A stretch of DNA of 36,744 nucleotides from an uncultured Candidatus Bathyarchaeia archaeon (GCA_964627775.1 CAZVKZ010000003.1:2643-39386), one strand, 5' to 3'. Positions 17,329 through 26,959 are shown, numbered from the stretch's first letter. Translations and numbers: made by a program. The notes: generated by a model from the sequence alone, not told the origin.

Positions 17329-18057
17329 TTGGAGATCCGTATCGTACTTGTAGAACCAGAGCATGACGGGAACGTAGGCCTCATTGCACGTGCAATGAAG
17401 AACTTCGGATATGATGATCTCTGGCTTCTCAATCCAAAAGCCAGACTAGGCCCGGAGGCAATATCAATGGCCAGCCACGCCAAAGACTTGCTAGCAAAAG
17501 CGAGGATAGTTCAGGACCTAGAAGAAGCACTTAAAGACTGTGACTACGCCGTCGCAACCACGGCAATAGTTGGGAGGAGCCTGTCAAATCTTGCGAGGAC
17601 ACCGCTATCCCTGAGAGAGTTCGCTCAACGAGTCTCTGGTTTGAAAGGCAAGACTGCGATACTCTTCGGCAGAGAAAGCAAGGGCCTCAACAATATGGAA
17701 ATCGCTAAATGCGATATAGTGGTAACGATCCCAGCCAGCAGCAATTATAGAACACTCAACATCGCCACAGCGGTATCCATAACGCTCTATGAACTTCAGA
17801 CAACAGCAAAGAAAGAGGCTGGCGAATTCGAGAGGGCTAGCAAAGAAGCCAGATACAGACTACTGGAGACATTCGAGAAACTCACAAAAGAGGCACAGCT
17901 ACCTCCACACAGGGTCCCACTTACTAAACGAGCTTTGGCCAACGTGATCTCACGCGGCCTAATCTCGAAAAGAGAGGCAAGCTTAATGATAGGAGTCATT
18001 AGAAGAGCCACAGACAGAATACGACTAAGAGACGCAAAGAGAGCCCATAGGGACTGA
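17329..18057 (+). CDS. trmJ: SPOUT (TrmJ-type) tRNA 2'-O-methyltransferase
   Basis: Contains IVLVEPEHDGNVGLIARAMKNFG, ILFGRESKGL and SLNIATAVSITLYEL-like motifs. TTG start. Confidence 0.85.
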   Translation: MEIRIVLVEPEHDGNVGLIARAMKNFGYDDLWLLNPKARLGPEAISMASHAKDLLAKARIVQDLEEALKDCDYAVATTAIVGRSLSNLARTPLSLREFAQRVSGLKGKTAILFGRESKGLNNMEIAKCDIVVTIPASSNYRTLNIATAVSITLYELQTTAKKEAGEFERASKEARYRLLETFEKLTKEAQLPPHRVPLTKRALANVISRGLISKREASLMIGVIRRATDRIRLRDAKRAHRD

Positions 18058-18085
18058 GCGCAACAGCTCGCGCGCCTGCATGGAT

Positions 18086-18095
18086 GTTTAAATAA
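18086..18095 (+). promoter_or_regulatory. TATA-box candidate for the uL16 gene
   Basis: GTTTAAATAA is centred about 42 nt upstream of the ATG at 18132. Confidence 0.4.
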
Positions 18096-18131
18096 CACTG
18101 ATTAGTCAATCTTCGCAAAAGGCGAGTTGGC

Positions 18132-18653
18132 ATGAAAGGCAGAAACTACAGGACACCCAGAGGTCAGCCATACACACGAGTCGAGTACATTCACGGTCAA
18201 CCAACGCCGAAAATATCGAAGTTCGTGATGGGTACCCCAAAAGAAGCCTATGACTACAAGGTGACGCTGATCTCCCAAGCCCACATCCAAGTACGCCACA
18301 ACGCCTTAGAGGCCGCAAGGATCGCAGCTAACAAGATCCTGACAGATGAACTCGGAGAGACGGGATACGTCATACACATCAGGGTCTACCCTCACATAGT
18401 ACTTCGCGAGAACAAGATGATAGCCACGGCTGGCGCCGACAGGCTCCAAGAAGGCATGCGAAGAGCATTCGGCAAACCCACAAGCCGGGCCGCGAGGATA
18501 AGACCGGACCAAGAACTGATAGATATCTACGTGAACGAGAATGCATTGAAACTTGCCCAGAGAGCGCTGGATCAGTGCTCAAAGAAACTGCCCATAGCAT
18601 GCAAGATAGTCACCAGGAAACTCATAGAGATTCCCAAGAAAATAGCGGCGTAG
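18132..18653 (+). CDS. rpl10e: 50S ribosomal protein uL16 (L10e)
   Basis: Contains RNYRTPRGQPYTR.EYI.G and MIATAGADRLQEGMRRAFGKP, the hallmark L10e sequence. Confidence 0.95.
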   Translation: MKGRNYRTPRGQPYTRVEYIHGQPTPKISKFVMGTPKEAYDYKVTLISQAHIQVRHNALEAARIAANKILTDELGETGYVIHIRVYPHIVLRENKMIATAGADRLQEGMRRAFGKPTSRAARIRPDQELIDIYVNENALKLAQRALDQCSKKLPIACKIVTRKLIEIPKKIAA

Positions 18654-18720
18654 ATATCCGGCAGAGAGGCTCGCAATCTACCATATCACTTCCTTTCTAA
18701 CAGACAGATCGTGTCTACTG

Positions 18721-19722
18721 TTGACCATCCCCTACGACCTCGAAATAGAACGCCTGCTGAATGAGATAACGCAGTTCAAAGCAAAACGGATACTCATCCA
18801 GATGCCTGACGGGCTCAAACCCTACGGGGTGAGCCTCTCGAAAGTCATTGAAGAGAAAACCTCAGCGGAGGTATTCCTGTCCTCAAGTGCGTGTTACGGA
18901 GCTTGCGATATCGCAATCGACCAAGCAAGGCTTCTAAGCGTTGATCTGATCGTACACTACGGGCATACCCAGTTCGCAGCAATCGAGAATCCCCGAGTAC
19001 TCTTTTTGGATGCTAGGTCACAGCTGGATCTGACATCAGCCCTCAGCAAGGCGGAGTGTGAATTTTCGGGTCTGAAGAGGATAGGTCTCGCAACAACCAT
19101 TCAGCATCTCGGGGAACTTGACAAGGTCAAAGAATATCTGAGCAGGCTGGGAATAGAGGTTGTCATAGCTCCTTTGGGAGGACACGGCATACGTAGTGGA
19201 CTGATCATCGGATGTGACTACACACCTCTCAAGATGATAGCCAGTGAGGTTGAGTCCTTCCTTATCATAGGAAGTCAGTTTCACGCCTTGGGGGCTTCTT
19301 TGGCGGTCAACAAACCTGTAGTCTTGGTTGACCCATACTCAAACCGAGTCATCGATATGAAGAAGACACGGGAAATGATCATACTGCGTCGTTATGCAGC
19401 CATCAGCAAGGCCAAGAACGCAGACATCTTCGGGATAATACTCGGAACCAAGATTGGCCAGTATAATCCCGCAACAGCCTTTTCCCTCAAGGAAAGGACT
19501 ACAGCCCACGGCAAGGTAGCAACCATCATAGTCGCTGATGAGATTTCACCAAATTCCTTGGAGAACTTTAGTGAAGTGGAGATCTTTGTCAGCACAGCTT
19601 GTCCTAGGCTCGCAATTGATGATACAGAGAGATTTGCCAAACCTATCCTATTGCCAAAGGAAGTCCTAGTGGCGATTGGAGAGCTAGAATGGGAAACCCT
19701 ACTTAGTCAAGGCTTCCTTTGA
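18721..19722 (+). CDS. dph2: 2-(3-amino-3-carboxypropyl)histidine synthase Dph2 (diphthamide biosynthesis)
   Basis: Contains YDLEIERLLNEI...RILIQMPDGLK and conserved Cys residues (SSSACYGACD, STACPR). TTG start. Confidence 0.9.
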   Translation: MTIPYDLEIERLLNEITQFKAKRILIQMPDGLKPYGVSLSKVIEEKTSAEVFLSSSACYGACDIAIDQARLLSVDLIVHYGHTQFAAIENPRVLFLDARSQLDLTSALSKAECEFSGLKRIGLATTIQHLGELDKVKEYLSRLGIEVVIAPLGGHGIRSGLIIGCDYTPLKMIASEVESFLIIGSQFHALGASLAVNKPVVLVDPYSNRVIDMKKTREMIILRRYAAISKAKNADIFGIILGTKIGQYNPATAFSLKERTTAHGKVATIIVADEISPNSLENFSEVEIFVSTACPRLAIDDTERFAKPILLPKEVLVAIGELEWETLLSQGFL

Positions 19723-19763
19723 CTACCCGATCTGTAGCTAAGTTAGGGAAACACGATCAAATG

Positions 19764-20375
19764 ATTCGGAAAAAGGAACTTGAGATCCTCCTGGAAAGGG
19801 TGGCAACTCATCCAAAACCAAAAGCTTGGTTGGAACAGTACACCATCCCTTCGAGGATCGCTTCTGAGATGCTCTTTATCGCATCAAGTGTCCACACTGA
19901 CATCAAGGATAGAAGCGTAGTGGATCTTGGTTGCGGAACGGGGAGGCTGGCCATTGGAGCGAGCATTCTAGGAGCAAGAGAGGTCATAGCGGTAGACATA
20001 GATCCAGCAGCCATCAAATCCGCCAAGAAGAGTTCTGCAACCCTTGGAGCCCAAAACACAATACATTGGATAAACTCAGACATAGACGCGGTCGGAGGAC
20101 ACTTTGACACCGTACTAATGAATCCACCCTTCGGAACCAGAACCAAACATGCAGACACAAGGTTCCTTTTGAAGGCTCTCTCGACGGCTAATACTATCTA
20201 CTCACTACACAAAAGGTCAACACGGCACTACCTACTCAAATTCGTAGAAGAGAATCTGGGTAGAATCGAGGCTCTTTATGAAATGCAACTTCAAATACCC
20301 AGAACATACAGCTTTCACATCAAGAAAAGCTATGACGTTGAGGTAGACCTTTACATCATAAGACCCAGAACCTAG
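19764..20375 (+). CDS. METTL5-like N6-adenine RNA methyltransferase (COG2263 type)
   Basis: Contains KKELEILLE...PKAWLEQYTIPSRIASEML, the DLGCGTGRLA SAM motif and the NPPFG catalytic motif. The ORF track starts at a TTG at 19719, while homology fits the ATG at 19764. Confidence 0.8.
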   Translation: MRKKELEILLERVATHPKPKAWLEQYTIPSRIASEMLFIASSVHTDIKDRSVVDLGCGTGRLAIGASILGAREVIAVDIDPAAIKSAKKSSATLGAQNTIHWINSDIDAVGGHFDTVLMNPPFGTRTKHADTRFLLKALSTANTIYSLHKRSTRHYLLKFVEENLGRIEALYEMQLQIPRTYSFHIKKSYDVEVDLYIIRPRT

Positions 20376-20472
20376 AAATCCCAGTTCAAGCTCCTCCTTG
20401 CTGCCACATAACTTATATGAGTAGTCGACATGGAGAACTGGACACAGACAGCCTATAAGGTCCTGATGATCA

Positions 20473-21039
20473 ATGCCCAAGAAAGTTGCTGAGCGAGATA
20501 GATTCGTCGTTCCAGGCTCACGGCTCGGAGTAATCGAGGAGTTCACAGCAGGGAGAGGCACGTATGAGTCTGATGGCGTCATATACTCGCAGAACATTGG
20601 TAGCGCAACGATTAGCCCTTCCAGGAACGTTTCGGTGGCTCCAGAGAATTCTCCGACTCTGCCCTCGGAAGGCGAGAACATCATTGGCATTGTTGCAAAC
20701 GTTCATGAGAAGATGGCTGTGATAGAGATAATCAAGCTTGAAGATAGGCTCATTCCAATGCCTTTTACTGGATTTCTGCAGATATCGGCCTCAAGCCCAA
20801 GGTATGAGATAAGCATGACCGATGTCTGCAGAGCAAACGATCTGATAAGAGCTAAAGTCGCCAGTATGAGCGACGGCATCATAAGGCTAATGACTATTGG
20901 CAACAATCTGGGTGTGTTGAAGGCTTATTGTTCGAATTGCGGCCACCACCTTACCTTGAGAAGAAAAGTATTGAAATGTGAAAGATGTAATAATGTTGAA
21001 AAGAGGAAACTGGCCGACGATTACTCTTCCTTGGGGTAG
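20473..21039 (+). CDS. csl4: exosome complex RNA-binding subunit Csl4
   Basis: It has an N-terminal domain (VVPGSRLG), an S1 domain (GIVANVHEKMAVIEI) and a C-terminal zinc ribbon (CSNCG...CERC). Confidence 0.9.
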   Translation: MPKKVAERDRFVVPGSRLGVIEEFTAGRGTYESDGVIYSQNIGSATISPSRNVSVAPENSPTLPSEGENIIGIVANVHEKMAVIEIIKLEDRLIPMPFTGFLQISASSPRYEISMTDVCRANDLIRAKVASMSDGIIRLMTIGNNLGVLKAYCSNCGHHLTLRRKVLKCERCNNVEKRKLADDYSSLG

Positions 21040-21046
21040 TACGCGT

Positions 21047-21331
21047 TTGAAAATCAAGACCCTTGAGAGAACCAAAGACACCTTAAGAATAGAGATAGAG
21101 GGTGAAGGACACTCTTTCTGCAATCTCCTTCAGAACACGTTGCTTGAGGATCGAGGTGTCGAAATGGCTGGATATGATATGCCGCATCCGTTGACCTTGA
21201 GATCCATAGTCTACATAAAAGTCAAGAAAGATTCCGATCCAAACAAAGCACTTGATAGAGCGTTGAAGAAGATCGTTGAGAGGAGCGACGAATTTCTATC
21301 AAAATTCAGCCAGATCACAGGAAAAGCCTGA
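21047..21331 (+). CDS. rpo11: DNA-directed RNA polymerase subunit Rpo11 (RpoL)
   Basis: LKIKTLERTKDTLRIEIEGEGHSFCNLLQ matches the RpoL N-terminus. A TTG at 21047 lies directly after the csl4 stop. The ORF-track start at 20978 overlaps csl4 and is probably spurious. Confidence 0.85.
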   Translation: MKIKTLERTKDTLRIEIEGEGHSFCNLLQNTLLEDRGVEMAGYDMPHPLTLRSIVYIKVKKDSDPNKALDRALKKIVERSDEFLSKFSQITGKA

Positions 21332-21696
21332 TGAACACTAGTGAAGTAAGAAAGATCCTTATGGATCGGGGTCTTGCCAAGCTCGGTGACGCCTACGTCA
21401 ATCTAATCTATTCGCTTGCACTCACCGAGATTGAAGGCCAACCTACAGGAGTCAAGGTCAGCGACCGCATACTCGCGGAGGCGGCTAAGACATCTGGACT
21501 GAGACGACTGCTTCCCGAGAGAACTAGAAGAAACGATGTCGCAAATGCTGTGGAAGCCCTACTTGTATACACTTGGAGGAGTAAATTCATGACAGCTGAA
21601 GAGGCAAAAGATATTCTGAAGGCGAAAGCAAACCTTCAGGAAAGCTTCGCCCACCTAATTGAAGTTGCTGCAAAGAGAATACAAATACCGCTATGA
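21331..21696 (+). CDS. stand-alone RNase III-domain (Mini-III-like) protein
   Basis: 121 aa. GLAKLGDAYVNLIYSLAL matches RNase III signature 1. RRNDVANAVEALLVYTW matches signature 2 (D..EAL). There is no dsRBD. The ATGA start overlaps the rpoL stop. Confidence 0.65.
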   Translation: MNTSEVRKILMDRGLAKLGDAYVNLIYSLALTEIEGQPTGVKVSDRILAEAAKTSGLRRLLPERTRRNDVANAVEALLVYTWRSKFMTAEEAKDILKAKANLQESFAHLIEVAAKRIQIPL

Positions 21697-21766
21697 GTAC
21701 CTAAGGTTGTCTACCCATCCGCAAGATGTTAGCTGAGATTGACTTGGCAGAAATAGGGAGTTAACG

Positions 21767-22363
21767 GTGGTAACTCCAAGACTACACATAGACAAGAAAG
21801 GGGTTAGAGTCCTCGGGGTCTCAGAGAGCTTCATAAAAGGTAAGGGCAGAAAGTCCGTTCTCGCGGGGGTCGTAATGCGCTCAGACCTAGTCATAGATGG
21901 CTTCTCTTTCTCAACAACGACTGTCGGCGGACTCGATGCTACAGACGCCGTCCTCGAACTCTACTGGAAACTCGAAAGAAAGGATATCAATTTCATATTT
22001 CTAAACGGATGCGTGATCAGTTGGTTCAACATAATAAGCCTCAAGAAAGTTCACGCAGAAACTAGTCTCCCCCTCGTCTGCATCACCTATGAGGAATCGG
22101 AGGGTCTGGAGAAATACCTAACAGAATATTTCGGAACCCAAGCCCAAGAGAGAATAGATAGATACAGAGAGAATGGTGAAAGGGAAGAATTAGAACTTCA
22201 CACTGGAAAGAGAGTCTTTGCCCGGTATTTCGGGCTTGAAAAGAAAGAAGCGTTACGGATTCTCAACAAGTTCACATTGCAGGGCGCCATTCCAGACCCC
22301 CTGAGGATCGCCCGCTTACTTGCAAGAGCAATAGTCCAGCAGATGCCAGAGACAATTCTGTGA
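21767..22363 (+). CDS. DUF99 (UPF0215, EndoV-like fold) protein
   Basis: Contains VLGVSESF......LAGVVMR.D..IDG and the NGC/ISWFNII pattern typical of archaeal DUF99. GTG start. Confidence 0.75.
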   Translation: MVTPRLHIDKKGVRVLGVSESFIKGKGRKSVLAGVVMRSDLVIDGFSFSTTTVGGLDATDAVLELYWKLERKDINFIFLNGCVISWFNIISLKKVHAETSLPLVCITYEESEGLEKYLTEYFGTQAQERIDRYRENGEREELELHTGKRVFARYFGLEKKEALRILNKFTLQGAIPDPLRIARLLARAIVQQMPETIL

Positions 22364-22448
22364 AACAGCATTCCGATTCCTATTTGTTAGACTTAGTAAT
22401 CCTTAAATGCGCCGTGCAAAGTAATGGCACGGACGGTCGCTCCAAAAC

Positions 22449-22772
22449 ATGCAATTCTGTCCGAAATGCGGAACTACGCTCGTACCAACAAGGAAGGAGA
22501 GAAAAATAGTTCTACTCTGTCCCAAATGCAATTATGAAACCAAGAAGGCCACCAAAGAAATCTCGAAGATTCGACACGAGAAAGAGAATATAGTAGTCAT
22601 CGGACGAGAAGAACAGAAGATAAGAACCCTTCCCAAAACAGCAGCGGTTTGTCCAAAATGCGGCCATACTGAAGCATTCTACTGGTTAGTGCAGACACGT
22701 GGCGCCGACGAATCCTCAACGCAGTTCTTCAGATGCGCCCGGTGCGCATCAACTTGGCGTGAAACCTCATAA
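22449..22772 (+). CDS. tfs: transcription factor S (TFS; RpoM/TFIIS-like)
   Basis: It has two zinc ribbons (CPKCG...CPKC and CPKCG...CARC) and the acidic loop QTRGADESSTQFFRC. Confidence 0.9.
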   Translation: MQFCPKCGTTLVPTRKERKIVLLCPKCNYETKKATKEISKIRHEKENIVVIGREEQKIRTLPKTAAVCPKCGHTEAFYWLVQTRGADESSTQFFRCARCASTWRETS

Positions 22773-22825
22773 CCAACCAAAACTAAAAGAACTTGCTAAT
22801 AGACTAGGATTACCATGGGATATCT

Positions 22826-23581
22826 ATGTTCAAGGCAATAGTTCAAGATGCCAAGATATGGAAGAACCTCCTGACGGCAATATCGACACTCATTGAGGAA
22901 GCTGACTTCAATGCTACGAGTGAAGGCCTCAAGCTGAGATCAATGGATCCCTCTCACGTGGCCATGGTAGACTTCGAGTGGCCAAAGTCAGCCTTTGAGG
23001 AATACACATGCGACACGCCCACAAACATTAGGGTCAACATTACATCGATGCTCAAGCTCCTGAGAAGAAGCAAGAGTGAAGAAAGCTTAGAGATATCGTA
23101 CGATGAAGCGAACAAGAAAGTAAACCTGACATTGAAAGGAAAGATTCTGAAGAAATTCACAATGCCCACGCTCGAACCTGTAGAGGAGGAGGTCCCGACT
23201 CCAAAGCTATCATTCAACACTAGGATCAAGCTCATGTCAGAGACACTAAAAGAAATAATAGAGGACAGCGAGACGGTCAGTGACAACGTCAGGTTTGAGA
23301 CAAACCAAGATAGGCTTCTAGTAAAGGCAAGTTCTGAACTAAGCAACGTAAACATTGAGCTAACGAAAAATGACGGTGCCCTACTTGAGCTAGATGTCAA
23401 GCAGGATTCCGCTGCTACATTCAACCTCAACTATCTCGGCGAGATGGTTAAGGCCGGATCTGCCACCTCAGAGGTAGCCGTGATGGAGTTTTCAACAAAT
23501 ATGCCGATAAGACTCGAATTTGAGATGCTGCAGCAGGGAAGGCTCACCTATTATCTAGCACCTAGGATAGAGGCAGAGTAA
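22826..23581 (+). CDS. pcn: DNA polymerase sliding clamp PCNA
   Basis: 251 aa. MFKAIVQDAKIWKNLLTAISTLIEEADF...GLKLRSMDPSHVAMVDF shows the typical two-domain PCNA pattern. Confidence 0.95.
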   Translation: MFKAIVQDAKIWKNLLTAISTLIEEADFNATSEGLKLRSMDPSHVAMVDFEWPKSAFEEYTCDTPTNIRVNITSMLKLLRRSKSEESLEISYDEANKKVNLTLKGKILKKFTMPTLEPVEEEVPTPKLSFNTRIKLMSETLKEIIEDSETVSDNVRFETNQDRLLVKASSELSNVNIELTKNDGALLELDVKQDSAATFNLNYLGEMVKAGSATSEVAVMEFSTNMPIRLEFEMLQQGRLTYYLAPRIEAE

Positions 23582-23591
23582 GAATACCGAA

Positions 23592-24638
23592 ATGAGTTCG
23601 GAAAGAGACAAGGCGCGATACCCGTTCACAACAGAAGCGGCAGATTTCGTCAAGAGTCTGGGAATAGAAGTAGATGATCTAGCATCCGAATCCTACAGTG
23701 CTATTCTCAGGAGAGCCGAGGAGAGAATCCGGCAAGCACTGCTCAACCCGAGCGAACTCGCACCTCAAGAACAGGACCCAAACATAGAAGTCCCTTCCTT
23801 CCCAACAGCCATCATGCTAATGGCTTACGTTGATAACGAAACAGCCAAGAGAAGATATGCAGTCGCTGAATCAAAAAGCTTCTCCAAGATACTGAAAGAT
23901 GAATCCTCGGAAAAAATCCTAGGCATAGCCAAATGTACCTTCGGCTGGAACATTCAACCTCTAGACGAGAGCGATACACAAGCGGGGGACTTTCTCCTAC
24001 ACTTCAGGGAATACCTGACCAATACTAGAAATATGAATGAGCTCAAGTGGAAACTTACAAACCGCTTGCTCAAGGGCGGCTACGTTCAGTTGACAAAGGA
24101 TGAGGCTGCACGACTGATCGAGGAAGAGGTTCAGAGAAAAATACTTGAGAAGACAAAGCGTCCCCCGATTGAACCGCCAGCGGCTCTTCAAAAAGCCCTT
24201 GAAGATCTAAAACAAATCGCTTCGGTCAGAAGCCCAATTCAACCTACAATAGAAAGCTTAGTTGTCACCGAAGATATGCCACCATGCATCAAGAGACTAC
24301 TCGATACACTCTCTTCTGGTGGCAGACTGTCTCACATAGGCAGATTCACCCTAACATCGTTTCTGGTAAATGTGGGTGCTACCGAAGATGATGTCATGAA
24401 ACTCTTCAAGTCAGCCTCTGACTTCGATGAAACAAAGACAAGATATCAAGTTGAACATATAAGTGGTAAGAGGGGCGGGAGGACGAAGTATACGCCGCCC
24501 AGATGTGACACACTGAAGACACATGGAATATGTGTTGTGCCAGATGAACTTTGTCAAAAAATCCGACACCCCCTAACATACTATAAGAGAAGAAGGAGAA
24601 GATATCAAAGTGAGAAAGGCTCCAGAAAGACTATGTAG
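23592..24638 (+). CDS. priL: DNA primase large subunit PriL
   Basis: Fe-S cluster cysteines are present (PPCIKRLL; PPRCDTLKTHGICV..ELC), along with the HLSHxGRF-like RLSHIGRFTL. Confidence 0.9.
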   Translation: MSSERDKARYPFTTEAADFVKSLGIEVDDLASESYSAILRRAEERIRQALLNPSELAPQEQDPNIEVPSFPTAIMLMAYVDNETAKRRYAVAESKSFSKILKDESSEKILGIAKCTFGWNIQPLDESDTQAGDFLLHFREYLTNTRNMNELKWKLTNRLLKGGYVQLTKDEAARLIEEEVQRKILEKTKRPPIEPPAALQKALEDLKQIASVRSPIQPTIESLVVTEDMPPCIKRLLDTLSSGGRLSHIGRFTLTSFLVNVGATEDDVMKLFKSASDFDETKTRYQVEHISGKRGGRTKYTPPRCDTLKTHGICVVPDELCQKIRHPLTYYKRRRRRYQSEKGSRKTM

Positions 24639-24778
24639 CCCGCAGACGATCTCGATGTCAATAACTTCTTCTTAGGAAACATATCAGTTCACCGAACAAA
24701 GCAATCCCCACAATAATCTGATATAAGCTTGAATCATGAGACCACAGAATCAGAATTTAGAGCAGGAAGTAAAAGATC

Positions 24779-26026
24779 ATGAATTCCGAAAACATAGAAC
24801 AGTTTACTCGATCTTTTGTCAGATCTAGGTTCTCTGAATACTACAAGAAAGGCGAAAACACCATCATTCAACCAGAATCCATGGAACGGAGGGAGTTTGG
24901 CTTTCTCCTATTTGCAGAAGGTGTGATGGTAAGACATAGATCATTTAAGCAAATGAACGATCTGAAGAGGTTCATCGAAACCACTGTGCCATCCGATGTA
25001 TACTACTCAGCAGCATACTATAGGGATCCGGAAGCGCCTATGGATGAGAAAGGCTGGACTGGCTCTGATCTGATATTCGATATAGATGCCGACCACATAG
25101 ACACAGAGTGCAAAGAAGAGCATGACAAATGGTTATGCGTTCAGTGCAAAACCTCTGGCTGTGGGATGGCACCCAAAAGTTGCCCCAAATGTGAGGGACA
25201 GAAACTGGATGTGGAAACTTGGATGTGTCATGATTGTCTGGAGAAAGCTAAGGAAGAAGTCCTGAAGCTAGTAAACCTTCTCAATGCAGACTTCGGAATA
25301 AATTTCGATCAGATGAGAGTGAACTTCTCCGGACACCGAGGCTACCACCTTCATGTCATTTCAGAAGAAGTCAGAAAGATTGGCTCTGAAGAAAGAAAAG
25401 AAATAGTGAACTACATAATGGGCACAGGACTAGATACAGATCTTCTGGACATCTATAACTCATATGGAAAACTCAAAATTGTTGGTGCTCCAAGACCCAG
25501 TGATCCAGGCTGGAGAGGAAGAATAGCCAGACAAATAGAAAAAATGTTGTCTGAAGCCGATCGAGAAGTACTAAAGAAATTGGGCTTGAGGAATGATATG
25601 ATCGAATCCCTTTTGAAACTGAGGAGTGAAGAGCCAAGGAGCAGAGGCACCCTCTGGGGCGCAATCAAAGGTGCAGGAAAATACACATGGAAGATGATTA
25701 TCCAGAAGGCAACGACAATAGAGTCCATTGGCATAGATACTGTTGTAACAACAGACATCCATAGGTTAATACGACTTCCAGGAACACTCAACGGAAAGAC
25801 TGGGTTCAGAGCAGTTAGAGTCGAAATGAACCATCTCCGCAACTTCAACCCGCTTAAACAAGCTTTGGCCTTTGAGGGCAGTGAGATTGTGCATATCAAA
25901 GAGGCGCCCAGATTTACTATTGGGGAAAGTGAGTACGGACCATTTAATGATGTAGATGAGACCCTTCCCACAGCAGCAGCTATTCTTCTGCTCTGCAAAG
26001 ACAGGGCCTACCCGGTGGCTCGATAA
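24779..26026 (+). CDS. priS: DNA primase catalytic small subunit PriS
   Basis: Contains the catalytic motif DLIFDIDADH, a zinc stem (CVQC...CPKCEG...CHDC), FSGHRGYHLHV and RLIRLPGTLNGKTG. Confidence 0.9.
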   Translation: MNSENIEQFTRSFVRSRFSEYYKKGENTIIQPESMERREFGFLLFAEGVMVRHRSFKQMNDLKRFIETTVPSDVYYSAAYYRDPEAPMDEKGWTGSDLIFDIDADHIDTECKEEHDKWLCVQCKTSGCGMAPKSCPKCEGQKLDVETWMCHDCLEKAKEEVLKLVNLLNADFGINFDQMRVNFSGHRGYHLHVISEEVRKIGSEERKEIVNYIMGTGLDTDLLDIYNSYGKLKIVGAPRPSDPGWRGRIARQIEKMLSEADREVLKKLGLRNDMIESLLKLRSEEPRSRGTLWGAIKGAGKYTWKMIIQKATTIESIGIDTVVTTDIHRLIRLPGTLNGKTGFRAVRVEMNHLRNFNPLKQALAFEGSEIVHIKEAPRFTIGESEYGPFNDVDETLPTAAAILLLCKDRAYPVAR

Positions 26027-26027
26027 A

Positions 26028-26579
26028 ATGCATAACAAGCTTTACGCCGCCTGGAGAAGAGAAAAGCTTCAGCCCAACGACCTTCAATCACTAGAGTCGG
26101 ATTTTTTCAAGCAACTCAGCCAGTACATCAGAAAAATGCATGAAGAGCTGCGAATGTTAGATGAGAAGACGCTGAAACACAAGCTTCTAAATACAGAGCT
26201 TGAGAAAGCCAAGAAACTTACTTCTTCGATAATAGAAGCTAGACTCCAGAAACTCATTGGAGCGAGTCTTGAGAACAAGAACATCCAAATGCTTCACCTT
26301 GCCGATGAAGAGGCAGAGATATACAGGAAGATATTGGAAGTCTCTGAGCTATGTGAGAACTTGAAGAAGAGAACGCTTGAAGGCCGACAGATTGAACCGA
26401 CAACAAGCTCAAAGGGTGAGATGATCTTGATTAGGTTCATGACTAAGATCCCAATCGTTGTTGGAGTGGATATGAGAAGTTACGGGCCTTTCGAACCCGA
26501 AGACATAGCCACATTACCCAAAGAGAATGCCGAGGCTCTGATCCGTCAAAAGGTCGCTATTCGAATAGAGGCGGAATAG
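26028..26579 (+). CDS. gins51: GINS complex subunit (Gins51/Gins15 type)
   Basis: It has a helical A domain (LQSLESDFFKQLSQYI...ARLQKLI) and a B domain (ILIRFMTKIPIVVGVDMRSYGPFEPEDIATLPKENAEALI). The ATG lies 1 nt after the priS stop, the classical priS-gins linkage. Confidence 0.8.
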   Translation: MHNKLYAAWRREKLQPNDLQSLESDFFKQLSQYIRKMHEELRMLDEKTLKHKLLNTELEKAKKLTSSIIEARLQKLIGASLENKNIQMLHLADEEAEIYRKILEVSELCENLKKRTLEGRQIEPTTSSKGEMILIRFMTKIPIVVGVDMRSYGPFEPEDIATLPKENAEALIRQKVAIRIEAE

Positions 26580-26629
26580 GAAGAGGAAAACAAGCGGAAA
26601 TACCGATAGTATCTGTTCTGCAAAAATGG

Positions 26630-26637
26630 ATAAATAT
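26630..26637 (+). promoter_or_regulatory. TATA-box candidate for the eL42-eS27-aIF2alpha operon
   Basis: ATAAATAT lies about 45 nt upstream of the ATG at 26681. This favours that start over 26657. Confidence 0.4.
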
Positions 26638-26680
26638 CGCCTCCAGACGTTCTAGTATGCCTCTACTCGGTGCACATGGC

Positions 26681-26959
26681 ATGAAGATGGCAAAAGAACT
26701 CAACACTTTCTGCCCGAAATGCAAACACCATACTCCGCACGCCATATCTGTCTACAAGAAAGGTCGAGAAAGAACTCTGGCGGGAGGAGTAAGGAGACAT
26801 GAGCGCGAGAAACATGGCTATGGCGGCCAAAAATGGCCTGAGCTGAAAAGGACAGCCAAGACCACAAAGAAACAGCTCCTAAGAATGCAATGCAAGAGCT
26901 GTGGGTATACGATTCAGAGATATGGCATCAGATTGAGGAAGTTGGAGCTGGGAGCGTAG
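26681..26959 (+). CDS. rpl44e: 50S ribosomal protein eL42 (L44e)
   Basis: MKMAKELNTFCPKCKHHTPH...QCKSCGY is the L44e zinc-ribbon protein. The ORF-track start at 26657 adds 8 non-conserved codons. Confidence 0.9.
   Translation: MKMAKELNTFCPKCKHHTPHAISVYKKGRERTLAGGVRRHEREKHGYGGQKWPELKRTAKTTKKQLLRMQCKSCGYTIQRYGIRLRKLELGA

Noticed and set aside
22954-23430. 158-aa minus-strand ORF antisense to PCNA
   Set aside because: Its Ser/Leu-rich composition marks it as a shadow frame of a strongly supported gene.
25453-25998. 181-aa minus-strand ORF antisense to priS, with nested ORFs at 25473-25664, 25571-25762 and 25766-26038
   Set aside because: This is a shadow ORF on the opposite strand of a well-supported primase gene. 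It has no recognisable domain or RBS.
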